Positions 38,989 through 47,288 of a stretch of DNA of 64,000 nucleotides are shown in pieces. Numbering within the stretch: the stretch's first letter is position 1; the number at the start of each line of letters is the position of its first letter. The position numbers and the translations under genes are program-made. The notes beneath the pieces are model-generated. The model was not told the DNA's origin. It searched no databases and was given only the letters and a program-made list of their open reading frames with translations. This stretch comes from a virus (taxonomy: Duplodnaviria > Heunggongvirae > Uroviricota > Caudoviricetes): the IMG/VR virus record IMGVR_UViG_3300026549_002476; one strand, given 5' to 3'.

Positions 38989-39495
38989 ATGAAGACATTC
39001 ACTGAGGCTGAAAAAACTATTGCCAGAAATATTGATTGGGAGTATAAATGGATGGCTAGAGACTGGGATGGAAATTTGTGTATTTATGAAGAAAAGCCTA
39101 AGAAAAGAAATGACAGATGGATCTCTGATGATTATGATTACATTTTCTATTTCAACTATTTGTTTTCAGCTATCAAATGGGAGGACGATGAGCCTACTTT
39201 AATTCGTGATATCTACAATCCGCCGGTTCTTAACGACGCGGAGCGGGAATATCTCAAAACGGTTCTGAAACCATTTCATGAGAATGTGGCTTATGTTGAA
39301 AAAGTACATTATTATCCTATAAACGGAGATACTTCTTCTAGTCTGGCATTCTTATTCATAAAACTTCATGACGGAAAGCTAGAATTTCCTAATTTTGATT
39401 TGAGAAAAATGTACTTGGGAATGGAGTTAAACAAAAAGTATAAGATGGGCGAACTTGGAATTACATACGAGGAGGATAATCATGACGATCAATGA
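38989..39495 (+). CDS. hypothetical protein
   Basis: RBS aggag plus ATG. Confidence 0.4.
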   Translation: MKTFTEAEKTIARNIDWEYKWMARDWDGNLCIYEEKPKKRNDRWISDDYDYIFYFNYLFSAIKWEDDEPTLIRDIYNPPVLNDAEREYLKTVLKPFHENVAYVEKVHYYPINGDTSSSLAFLFIKLHDGKLEFPNFDLRKMYLGMELNKKYKMGELGITYEEDNHDDQ

Positions 39496-39737
39496 AAAGC
39501 AGGAACTTGTAAAGCCAGTAGTACACGCGCTGGGTGCCATGTGAAGACGAATACGAAGATGAATATAAATGTTCTGTATGCGGCGGAACCCATTTTTCGC
39601 TATGACACCGCAAGATGAAGGATGGGAATATTGCCCACATTGCGGCGCAAAGATGGACGAGAAGACGGACGATTAAACTAACGAGCTTGTAAGTCAAAAA
39701 AATCCACGATTATTGAACTAAGAGAGGAGCGAGAAAA

Positions 39738-40319
39738 ATGAAAATCGAGAGAATGACAGAAATTGAGACATCCGTTATCGAAGTTGGCGACCGGATCCAC
39801 GTCGATCACTACACGGCGACATGTCAGGAACTCACGCCGAAGGGCGCGCTATTCTTCCTCGATCAGTACCTCGACAAGGCATATCCGATGAATCTGAATA
39901 ACACCAACAAGGGCGGCTACCCGGAGAGCGATCTGCGGAAAGCTCTGCAAAGCGACGAGGTGCTTAATATCTTTGCGGACATCCGCGACTACATGGTTCC
40001 GTTCGATAACGGCGATCTGCTCCGGATCCCGTTCGCCGGAGAGATGTTCGGCGACGAGGTGCCGCAATGGATCGAGTCTGACAGCAATGAACAGTGGCCG
40101 CTCATGAAAGACGCGCACAACCGCATAGCGTCAAGGTGCGGAGATCCCGAATGGGGATGGCTCGCGAACACATCCCGCGATACCTCGCCGGCTTTCTGCT
40201 CTGTCACCGCCTACGGCGCTGCGAACGGCTGGCTCGCCTCGTACGTCTTCGGGGTCCGGCCGGTTTTCCTGATCGCGCGCGAGACTATAGCAGATGAGGG
40301 AAAAGATGAGACTGGTTGA
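39738..40319 (+). CDS. DUF6273-like domain protein encoded in a GC-rich segment well above the surrounding AT-rich DNA
   Basis: Strong RBS gagaggag. WGWLANTSRD…GWLASYVFGVRPVF resembles the W-L-R-S…G-V-R-P-A signature of DUF6273. Confidence 0.4.
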   Translation: MKIERMTEIETSVIEVGDRIHVDHYTATCQELTPKGALFFLDQYLDKAYPMNLNNTNKGGYPESDLRKALQSDEVLNIFADIRDYMVPFDNGDLLRIPFAGEMFGDEVPQWIESDSNEQWPLMKDAHNRIASRCGDPEWGWLANTSRDTSPAFCSVTAYGAANGWLASYVFGVRPVFLIARETIADEGKDETG

Positions 40320-40358
40320 TGCAGATGCGTTAGCGGTGAGGGAAATGCGGAGTTTAGG

Positions 40359-40649
40359 ATGATGTTACATAAGTGGAATTATAAAACCAATGAGTATGAT
40401 CCCTACGAAGTCCCGGACGGCTGGGATGTATCGACTTTCGAGACTGATATGGGATCTATAGTCAACTGTGCGGAATGTGGGAAATCAATCACGTTCGGGC
40501 AAGGATACACCAGCAGGAAGATCCACACGCTTTTCGGCATGGGATATGTCGTTTGCAAAGACTGTTACGACAAAGAAATATTAAGGTGTTTTGCACTATC
40601 GCGGCAGCAACATTTATCACGATTATCGCGAGTAGGATTGCGCTCATAA
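40359..40649 (+). CDS. small zinc-ribbon protein (CAECG…CKDC)
   Basis: ORF with two CxxC pairs. Confidence 0.35.
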   Translation: MMLHKWNYKTNEYDPYEVPDGWDVSTFETDMGSIVNCAECGKSITFGQGYTSRKIHTLFGMGYVVCKDCYDKEILRCFALSRQQHLSRLSRVGLRS

Positions 40650-40699
40650 CAGCGCTTCTGAAAGTGAGAAAATTTCAGGAGGAAAGCAGGGAGTAAGTA

Positions 40700-41077
40700 A
40701 TGAAAGTGCATGAATTAGCATCACAGCTTAGCGAGTATATTGAGTCTAGACACGCAGAGGATACTGTTGTAATCGCTCTGCAGGAAAGAAGCTTCGGCCC
40801 GGAAGCGGCAGAAGAGGTGAAATATTGCTGTGCGGGATTTGATTGGGACAATGGAAGGATCTTCCTTGTTCCGAAAGAACCTCTTGTGCATTACAGAAAC
40901 GAAAGGGACAAAGCACAGTCCGCAATCCGGATAAGTTACAAAAATAACTATGGCGGAAAGATCAGACCAACACTTCATTGTCCGCGATGCGAAGCAAAGC
41001 TGAGCAAGGAAATGAGATATTGCCCTAAATGTGGGCAGCGCGTTGACACAGAAAATGTACGTGACGTCATGATTTAA
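40700..41077 (+). CDS. zinc-ribbon protein with C-terminal CPRC…YCPKCGQRV tail
   Basis: Strong RBS caggaggaaagcaggg. The C-terminal 22 codons are duplicated at 41432-41497. Confidence 0.45.
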   Translation: MKVHELASQLSEYIESRHAEDTVVIALQERSFGPEAAEEVKYCCAGFDWDNGRIFLVPKEPLVHYRNERDKAQSAIRISYKNNYGGKIRPTLHCPRCEAKLSKEMRYCPKCGQRVDTENVRDVMI

Positions 41078-41097
41078 AAGGAGAAAAAGGAGAAAAA

Positions 41098-41466
41098 ATG
41101 AGTAAAGAAATGTTGGTAACGGTTAATGGTGGCCGGTTATATTTCAAGGTGAATGCAAAAACGGCAAGTGCCGGGTTTGACCATCTTATGGAGGCGCTCA
41201 ATGACGCCGGCATTGACGTGTCGAACGTTGAGTTTGGAAGCTGCGAGCTTCGAGATGAGAACGGAGGCACAATAGATGAATTTCAGATCAATCCGGCACG
41301 CAATCGCCATTATGACTGTAATCATGATTGTGATGCAGTCTATCAGGCTTATCAGAAAGGTAAGCACGACGAGCGCAATCGCATCCTGAAAGCAATTTTA
41401 TGCTCGAAAAACGGGCAGAGAGGGAATAAAAATGAGGTATTGCCCGAAATGTGGGGAGAGCGTTGA
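41098..41466 (+). CDS. hypothetical protein; its 3' end runs out of frame into a duplicated zinc-ribbon tail (possible frameshifted gene)
   Basis: RBS aaaggagaaaaaggag. Ends NEVLPEMWGER* while the +1 frame reads MRYCPKCGESVDTENVHDVLI. Confidence 0.35.
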   Translation: MSKEMLVTVNGGRLYFKVNAKTASAGFDHLMEALNDAGIDVSNVEFGSCELRDENGGTIDEFQINPARNRHYDCNHDCDAVYQAYQKGKHDERNRILKAILCSKNGQRGNKNEVLPEMWGER

Positions 41467-41584
41467 CACAGAAAATGTACATGATGTCTTGATTTAAGAG
41501 CACTTTTTCTAGAAAGGAAAAATATTATGAGATGTATGACTGTGATGTTTACTTATATGCATTAGCAAATATGTATTGATAGCC

Positions 41585-41846
41585 TATAAATAATAGGGGT
41601 ATGATTTTTAATTAAGAATTTAAAAAGTTGTTATTTATAAGGTCAACATTAATTAAAAACAAACTTATAAAAAATTGAAGAATGACTTATAAATAATAAG
41701 GGTATGATTTTTAATTAAGAATTTGAAAAATTGTTATTTTATAAGACCGACATCAATTAAAAATAAACTTATAAAAAATTGAAGAATGACTTATAAATAA
41801 TAAAGGTATGATTTTTAATTAAGAATTTGAAAAATTGTTATTTTGG
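41585..41846. repeat. tandem direct repeat, about 2.5 copies of a 103-104-bp AT-rich unit
   Basis: Units begin tataaataatagggg… at 41585, 41688 and 41792. Near-identical copies. Confidence 0.85.
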
Positions 41847-41911
41847 TTAAAACATTCCGGCCGGATGTTTAACAATATAAATGTGTTAAACCTACTAAGA
41901 TTAGAAACGTA

Positions 41912-42059
41912 GAGAATAAAGGATTAAAGGATTAAAAGGTTAAAAGGATTAAAAGGTAAAAGGATCATTTATTTTCAAAGGTTTAAAGCATTTAAAGGTA
42001 AAAGAAACTAAAGGTAAAAAGGTAAAAAAGGTTAAAAGCATTTTGGAGGTTTAAGAATT
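41912..42059 (+). promoter_or_regulatory. A/G-rich microrepeat leader (AAAGGWTWAA-like elements) ending in the RBS ggaggt of the gp32-like gene; candidate unstructured translational operator or UP-like element
   Basis: taaaggattaaaggattaaaaggttaaaaggattaaaaggtaaaagg … aaaggtaaaaaggtaaaaaaggttaaaag. Purine-only, low-structure sequence. Confidence 0.4.
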
Positions 42060-43247
42060 ATGGCACTTAAGAGTTTTATCTCTACGGCTAAGCGTGTAAC
42101 TGATGTGAGGACTTTCCTCAAGGATTCTGCTAAGGGAAACAGTATCAAGTATACTTCTGAGCAGAACAAGAGAGATGTTCTGTATGTACCCATGATCAAG
42201 CAGCAGGTTACCGATGAGAATGGAAATACTGTTGAGGTCAATTCCATTATTTCTATTGAAGCTGACATTCATGAGTGGCGTGACAGTAGCAACAATTCTT
42301 TCCATGGTTGTGTCTGTATGAAGAATGTTGTACGCACTGATGATGATGGAAATACCATCAATGACGGTACTTGCCCGTTCTGTGACAGAGTTAATGATAG
42401 CTGGGCTATCTACAACTACAGAAAGAACATTGAGGAAGCTAACTGCAAGCTGACTGGTGATGATCGTGACAAGTTCCTCAAGGAGAAGGGATCATCATTC
42501 CGTGACGAGATGAAGATTAAGGCAGCAAAGCCTTACATGTATATCCTCGTTGCAAAGTTTAGAACTGAGGGGAATCAGTTTGTACTTGATGATTCTGGTA
42601 TGCCTGAATATGATCTCAAGGTTTGGAAGGTTTCTGCAAGCCGTGCACAGGCTCTGTATGATATTCCTCACAATACTGGCCTTGAACTTCCGGGATGTAC
42701 TCTTGTTATCAAGTATCCGGATGAAGCAAACGTAATGCAGAGAGCTGGTCATGCAACAATTACTGCTACTAACCAGCCGACTATTGCTCCGACTGCTAAG
42801 TATCCGGCACTTGCTGATAAGATCAATGCAGAAGCAGCAAAGTTCGATTGGGAAGGCATTTCTAAGGCATTCCCTGAGTTTGAAGGTATGTCTACTGCAC
42901 AGGCTAAGAAGATTATGGATAACAGCTTTGAGCAGTGGGATTCTTACCAGAAGGAACTTGAGGTTAACAAGGATGCTAAGTACCTTGAGTATGTAGTTGA
43001 GCCTGTTAAGACTGCTCCGTCAACTGTTACTCCTGCTCTTGGAGCTGTTCCTGTTCCTAACATTCCGAATGTTGGTCAGGCAGCTAATGTTCAGATGCCA
43101 GGTCAGGGCGTCCAGCCGACAGTACAGCAGGCAGTACCTCAGCAGGCAGCACCTCAGCAGGCAGCACCTCAGCAGGCAGCACCTCAGCAGGCAGCACCTC
43201 AGCAGAGCAATCCGTTTGCAAATATGGCACCAACTCTTAATCTGTAA
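42060..43247 (+). CDS. putative T4 gp32-like ssDNA-binding protein with C-terminal (P-Q-Q-A-A)n repeats
   Basis: Strong RBS ggaggtttaag. Zn-site-like H…C-x-C…C-P-F-C as in gp32 (His64/Cys77/Cys87/Cys90). YMYILVAKF… and LKVWKVSASRAQALYD resemble the gp32 core (YWANILVVKDP, VFKYRFGKKIWDKI). GC-rich codon usage and a strong terminator suggest high expression. Confidence 0.45.
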   Translation: MALKSFISTAKRVTDVRTFLKDSAKGNSIKYTSEQNKRDVLYVPMIKQQVTDENGNTVEVNSIISIEADIHEWRDSSNNSFHGCVCMKNVVRTDDDGNTINDGTCPFCDRVNDSWAIYNYRKNIEEANCKLTGDDRDKFLKEKGSSFRDEMKIKAAKPYMYILVAKFRTEGNQFVLDDSGMPEYDLKVWKVSASRAQALYDIPHNTGLELPGCTLVIKYPDEANVMQRAGHATITATNQPTIAPTAKYPALADKINAEAAKFDWEGISKAFPEFEGMSTAQAKKIMDNSFEQWDSYQKELEVNKDAKYLEYVVEPVKTAPSTVTPALGAVPVPNIPNVGQAANVQMPGQGVQPTVQQAVPQQAAPQQAAPQQAAPQQAAPQQSNPFANMAPTLNL

Positions 43248-43280
43248 TAGATAAGAGTTGGCCCGTAGCCTTAGGGCATT

Positions 43281-43318
43281 GGGCACGGCATTGAATATAA
43301 ATGTCGTGCCCTTTTTTT
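43281..43318 (+). terminator. strong rho-independent terminator
   Basis: gggcacg…cgtgccc stem followed by ttttttt. Confidence 0.8.
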
Positions 43319-43344
43319 ATTACTAATTGACATTAGGACAAAAG

Positions 43345-44220
43345 ATGGCACATAAATATTATGCAGTAGTAAGAGGAAACTTCACTGGAATTTTTAATGG
43401 ACTAGATGAGTTCAATAAGGCTACTAAAGGTTCTAAGCGTACAATAGCTAAAGGATTTGATAACTTAAGTTCAGCATCTGATTACATGATAAAAAATGGT
43501 GTTAAATCCAGTAAGGTTAAGAAATACTGTAAGAAACTAAATGCAAACAATAAAGAAGAGAATCAGAGTTTAGCAGATAAGATTAAAGACCTTGAGATTG
43601 AAAGTAACAATTATGAAGGCAGTATAACAATTAGTTCTACTGATGATACATCTGTTAATAATGAAGAAACGAGCTATCAGCAAGAAGATATAAGTGACAT
43701 TGATACTTCTCATGGAAGTGTAGCTGATATAAAGAGTTGTATAGAATCTCTTGATAGAAATTCTATCATAGCTATAGTAGATGGCAGCTGCGATGCAGGG
43801 TATTCTGGAAATATAGCTAGCGCTTGTATAATTTATGAGAAAACTAATGGAATTATAAAAAAGAACATTATCTGGAAAGCTAACAATGTTTCAGTATCTG
43901 ATGGAAAAATAACAAGCCAGTTTGTTGAAGTTGAAGCCATAATGTTAGCTTTGCAATATGCCAAGTATCATAAGAAAAAGAAAGTAGTAGTTTACAATGA
44001 TTGTTTACCGGCTTTATATTTATTGAATAACAATAAAGGGAATGATGAGAAAACAGTCATTTACAGTTGGAAATACCAGAGATACTTAAATGATCTAGAT
44101 ATAACATTGAGATACATACCTGGGCATTCTGGTAATTTTTATCAAGATGAAGTTGATAAATTAGCAGTTGCAGTTAGATCCAATACAGATCTATGGGGAA
44201 TAAAATTCTTGGAGGTTTAA
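43345..44220 (+). CDS. rnhA: ribonuclease H with N-terminal Cauli_VI / RNase H1 N-terminal domain
   Basis: N-terminus MAHKYYAVVRGNFTGIFNGLDEFNKATKGSKRTIAKGFDNLSSASDYM is the Cauli_VI signature. C-terminal IVDGSCDAGYSG…VEVEAIMLALQYA…VYNDCLPALYLL…GHSGNFYQDEVDKLA matches the RNase H D-E-D-(H)-D motifs. ATG at 43345 (the track start at 43327 is a TTG). Confidence 0.8.
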   Translation: MAHKYYAVVRGNFTGIFNGLDEFNKATKGSKRTIAKGFDNLSSASDYMIKNGVKSSKVKKYCKKLNANNKEENQSLADKIKDLEIESNNYEGSITISSTDDTSVNNEETSYQQEDISDIDTSHGSVADIKSCIESLDRNSIIAIVDGSCDAGYSGNIASACIIYEKTNGIIKKNIIWKANNVSVSDGKITSQFVEVEAIMLALQYAKYHKKKKVVVYNDCLPALYLLNNNKGNDEKTVIYSWKYQRYLNDLDITLRYIPGHSGNFYQDEVDKLAVAVRSNTDLWGIKFLEV

Positions 44221-44221
44221 T

Positions 44222-45652
44222 ATGAAGTACAGTCCAATATCAAAAATTTACATCCAAGATTTTAGAAATCTTGGTAATGTAGCAATTGACTGGACAAAAT
44301 CACCTATAGTAGTGTTGACTGGTGAAAATGAAGCTGGTAAGACTTCAGTTATTAAAGCCTTTACAGTATTAGCTCTTCATGCAACACCAAATGCACAGAG
44401 TGGTTATATCAGAGATGGACAGAAGCAGTTTGGAGTTGCTTGTGACTTAGCTGATGGAACAAGAATTATAAGAGTTAAGCAGAGACCTGGTGGATTTGGT
44501 ACAGTAAACAATTATAGCATAACTTATCCAGATGGTAAAAAGTGGGCAATTAATAAACTTAGTGATGGACTTCCAAAGCCAGTATCTGATCTAATGGGAA
44601 TGATTGTTGAGCCAGATACAGGCGAGTATTTACAGGTTAGAACATACGAAGATAAGTTATTATTTGCTGTAACCCCGTTTAGTACTAACTATAAAGTTAT
44701 GTACAATGCTTTAAAAGTTGAGCAGTTGACAAAGGCTATTAAACTTGGAAGCGATGAAGTTAATAGATTGAAGAGAGAGATTGAATCAACTGAAACAAGT
44801 ATTTTGACTCTTAGAGATCAGGCTAGAGAAATTAAGGTTCTTGATACTGAAACTCTTGTAAACATCAAAGATAGGCTTAAGGATGAATTAAATACTCTTG
44901 ATAAAATTGAAAAGCTTAAGTCATTGATTGATAATGTAGATAGGGCTGAAGATCAACTTGGAGCATTGGCGTTGATTGATAAGTTTGGACTTAGAAGCAT
45001 TGATGAGATTCATTGTTTAAGAGTATTAAACATTGCTAAAGCTTTAGATAATATTAAGAAAGCTGAAGATCAACTTGGAAGTTTAAAATTAATCACAGAT
45101 AATAACTTGCATGGCATAGATGAAATGCTAGCATCTAATTTGAAAAATGCTAGCCGATTGATAGAAAACTCAACTAAACTGAAGAATAAGTTATCAAAGG
45201 TTAGTGAGGTAAGTACTATTCATGAAATTGATCTGAGCCAGTTAAATCAGATAGAAAAAGTGATTAATAAAAAGGCTTACATTGAGAGAAAATTAAGTGA
45301 CTCTCACGGGCTGACATTGGTTAATGATTTGCAGGAAATTTCTGGTACTGATATGGTACGTTTAGATAAGCTATCAAATCTTTATCAGTTGATAAACGAT
45401 GTAAAGCAAAAAGAAAGCAAGTTAAAGATTATTGATACCTCTGAGTATAAAGAAATAAGCATAGATTATCTTGAGAAGTTTGATAAAATTAGAAATTATC
45501 TTGCTGATTCTAATGAGAAGCAGCAGACTGTAAATAAGGTCAAAGATTTTCTGGAACAGGCTAATAACTGGCTTAAGCAACAGGGTATTGCAGTTGAAAC
45601 TTGTCCAAATTGTGGTGAAACAGTAATTTTTGATCTTGATAAACTGAGGTGA
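44222..45652 (+). CDS. SbcC/Rad50-like ATPase, N-terminal half (Walker A plus long coiled coil ending in a CPNC zinc hook)
   Basis: RBS ggaggtt. YIQDFRNLGNVAIDWTKSPIVVLTGENEAGKTSV (AAA_23-like P-loop). Coiled coil with an internal 39-aa tandem repeat. Ends …CPNCGETVIFDLDKLR. Confidence 0.5.
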   Translation: MKYSPISKIYIQDFRNLGNVAIDWTKSPIVVLTGENEAGKTSVIKAFTVLALHATPNAQSGYIRDGQKQFGVACDLADGTRIIRVKQRPGGFGTVNNYSITYPDGKKWAINKLSDGLPKPVSDLMGMIVEPDTGEYLQVRTYEDKLLFAVTPFSTNYKVMYNALKVEQLTKAIKLGSDEVNRLKREIESTETSILTLRDQAREIKVLDTETLVNIKDRLKDELNTLDKIEKLKSLIDNVDRAEDQLGALALIDKFGLRSIDEIHCLRVLNIAKALDNIKKAEDQLGSLKLITDNNLHGIDEMLASNLKNASRLIENSTKLKNKLSKVSEVSTIHEIDLSQLNQIEKVINKKAYIERKLSDSHGLTLVNDLQEISGTDMVRLDKLSNLYQLINDVKQKESKLKIIDTSEYKEISIDYLEKFDKIRNYLADSNEKQQTVNKVKDFLEQANNWLKQQGIAVETCPNCGETVIFDLDKLR

Positions 45653-45657
45653 TTCTA

Positions 45658-46635
45658 ATGGCTAATTTAATTGCAAGAATAGGTATTTATGGGGACATTC
45701 ATTTGAGTAGCAAGAACTATGGAGCACATAGAGATTATCCTAATGAAAGTCTCAATTACTTTAGAAACATTACAAAGATAGCCGAAGAAGGAAGGTTTAC
45801 ACATCTTATTGGTTGTGGTGACTTTTCCTTCGGCAGATTTGGTACTCTTGAATATAGATTGGCAGTTGAGGAAGAACTCCAGAAGCAGTGTAATCTTACA
45901 AAAGGCAATAGATATGAATTGAAAGGCAATCATGATATTGCTGGATACGGTATGACAGAAAGAGATTACTATATTAAGAAGGGATTGATCAAAGACTCAA
46001 CTAATTTTAGCATTGGGAATCTTAACATATCAATGGTAGATTATGGATGTGCTAATACAGCTAATATGAACATCAAGTTAGATTCTGGAATGGTCAATTT
46101 AGCTATAGCTCATGACTTTTATAGATTCAGCAATACTAATACACCACAGTTCGGGCAGGCCATAATTCTTGACAATATGAAGAATTGGTTTGGACTTGAC
46201 TATTTGATTTGTGGTCATGTACATAAGCAGATGACATTTGAAGGTGAAATTGAAAATGCAGATAAAACAGCAAAACATAAGCTGATTGTTGATTATCCAG
46301 GTTCACCTTCTAGACCATCATATAGAGAAGGATACATGGATGAAAATGGTCAAGTGCCAATAATAGATGTTTATGATGATGGAAAGATTGATTTTAACAT
46401 TGCCGAGTTTGATTTGTTGCCATTGAGTGAATCCTTTAATCTCGAAGAAAAGGCTGAAGAAGCTAAGCAAAAAGAAGAGAAAGAAAAGAAAGTTGATATT
46501 TCTGACATAGTGCAGGAATTGGATGCTCATGATAGAAATGTTGGAAACCCAGAAGATATTATAAGATCTATGGAAAATATTGATCAACGATATAAAGATA
46601 AGGCTATTGATTTACTTGAAAGGGCTTTAGCTTAA
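45658..46635 (+). CDS. sbcD: SbcD/Mre11-like calcineurin-type phosphoesterase (nuclease)
   Basis: RBS gaggtg plus ATG at 45658. Phosphoesterase motifs GIYGDIHLS, GCGDFSFG and GNHD. Confidence 0.7.
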   Translation: MANLIARIGIYGDIHLSSKNYGAHRDYPNESLNYFRNITKIAEEGRFTHLIGCGDFSFGRFGTLEYRLAVEEELQKQCNLTKGNRYELKGNHDIAGYGMTERDYYIKKGLIKDSTNFSIGNLNISMVDYGCANTANMNIKLDSGMVNLAIAHDFYRFSNTNTPQFGQAIILDNMKNWFGLDYLICGHVHKQMTFEGEIENADKTAKHKLIVDYPGSPSRPSYREGYMDENGQVPIIDVYDDGKIDFNIAEFDLLPLSESFNLEEKAEEAKQKEEKEKKVDISDIVQELDAHDRNVGNPEDIIRSMENIDQRYKDKAIDLLERALA

Positions 46636-46721
46636 TAAATTTGATAAGATGACATAATTCTAATAAAGGTGTTTTTAAAATTTAATTTATTAGATTTAAA
46701 ATTTTTGGAGGATCTAAACAA

Positions 46722-47255
46722 ATGATGCCGGTTAACATTGAAGAAATTAAAAAGTATAACCAGTCTTTGAAGCAGTACAAGGATAAGGCAGCCAGTTTAA
46801 CTGCTGAAATTGAGTACAACAATAGGGAAATTGACAACCTTTGTAAAGAGCTTTCAGCTGAGTTAGGAGTTGAGGTAACTAGGGATAACATTGAAGAAAT
46901 CTATAATGACCAGGTTAATAAGATTAATTCAATGTTACAGACTGGAACCACAGTACTTCAGAAGATTGCAAACGAAGAGAGTAAGGCAGAAGTACAGGCA
47001 CCTGTTGAGGAAACACCTGTAGATACAACAGCTTCAGCAAATCCTGTAACACCAACAAATCCAGTTAATCAGATGCCACAGTTTAGTTTTGGTAATGAGC
47101 CAGAAAGAGAATCTCATATAAATGTAGATGTTGAGAAGACACCTGAGGGTACCTCAACAACATTTGAACTTCCTGACGATGACGATGAAGATGAAGAGTC
47201 ATCAAATTTTGGTAGTTTTGATCCTAATAAGATCCCACCATTGTTTAATAACTAA
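46722..47255 (+). CDS. hypothetical coiled-coil protein with acidic C-terminal tail (…DDDDEDEESSNFGSFDPNKIPPLFNN)
   Basis: Strong RBS ggaggatct. The tail resembles SSB-type acidic C-terminal tips. Confidence 0.4.
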   Translation: MMPVNIEEIKKYNQSLKQYKDKAASLTAEIEYNNREIDNLCKELSAELGVEVTRDNIEEIYNDQVNKINSMLQTGTTVLQKIANEESKAEVQAPVEETPVDTTASANPVTPTNPVNQMPQFSFGNEPERESHINVDVEKTPEGTSTTFELPDDDDEDEESSNFGSFDPNKIPPLFNN

Positions 47256-47288
47256 TAAATAGATTTGTAATTGGAGGACTTTAATAGT

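Noticed and set aside
39849-40297. ORFs 39849-40118 (-), 39989-40207 (-) and 40094-40297 (+) overlapping the DUF6273-like gene.
   Set aside because: GC-rich DNA yields long spurious open frames. All three are nested in a gene with a strong RBS and a recognisable domain.
41585-42059. Possible CRISPR array because of regularly spaced repeats.
   Set aside because: The repeats are long (104 bp) and directly adjacent with no unique spacers. Downstream are short A/G-rich microrepeats. No CRISPR-like 25-40-bp repeat/spacer periodicity and no cas genes.
42550-43286. Internal and alternate-frame ORFs (42550-42735, 42751-42996, 42997-43254, 43020-43286 minus strand) within the gp32-like gene.
   Set aside because: They are produced by the CAG/GCA-rich (PQQAA)n repeat and the GC-richer codon usage. 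No start signals. Nested inside a well-supported gene.
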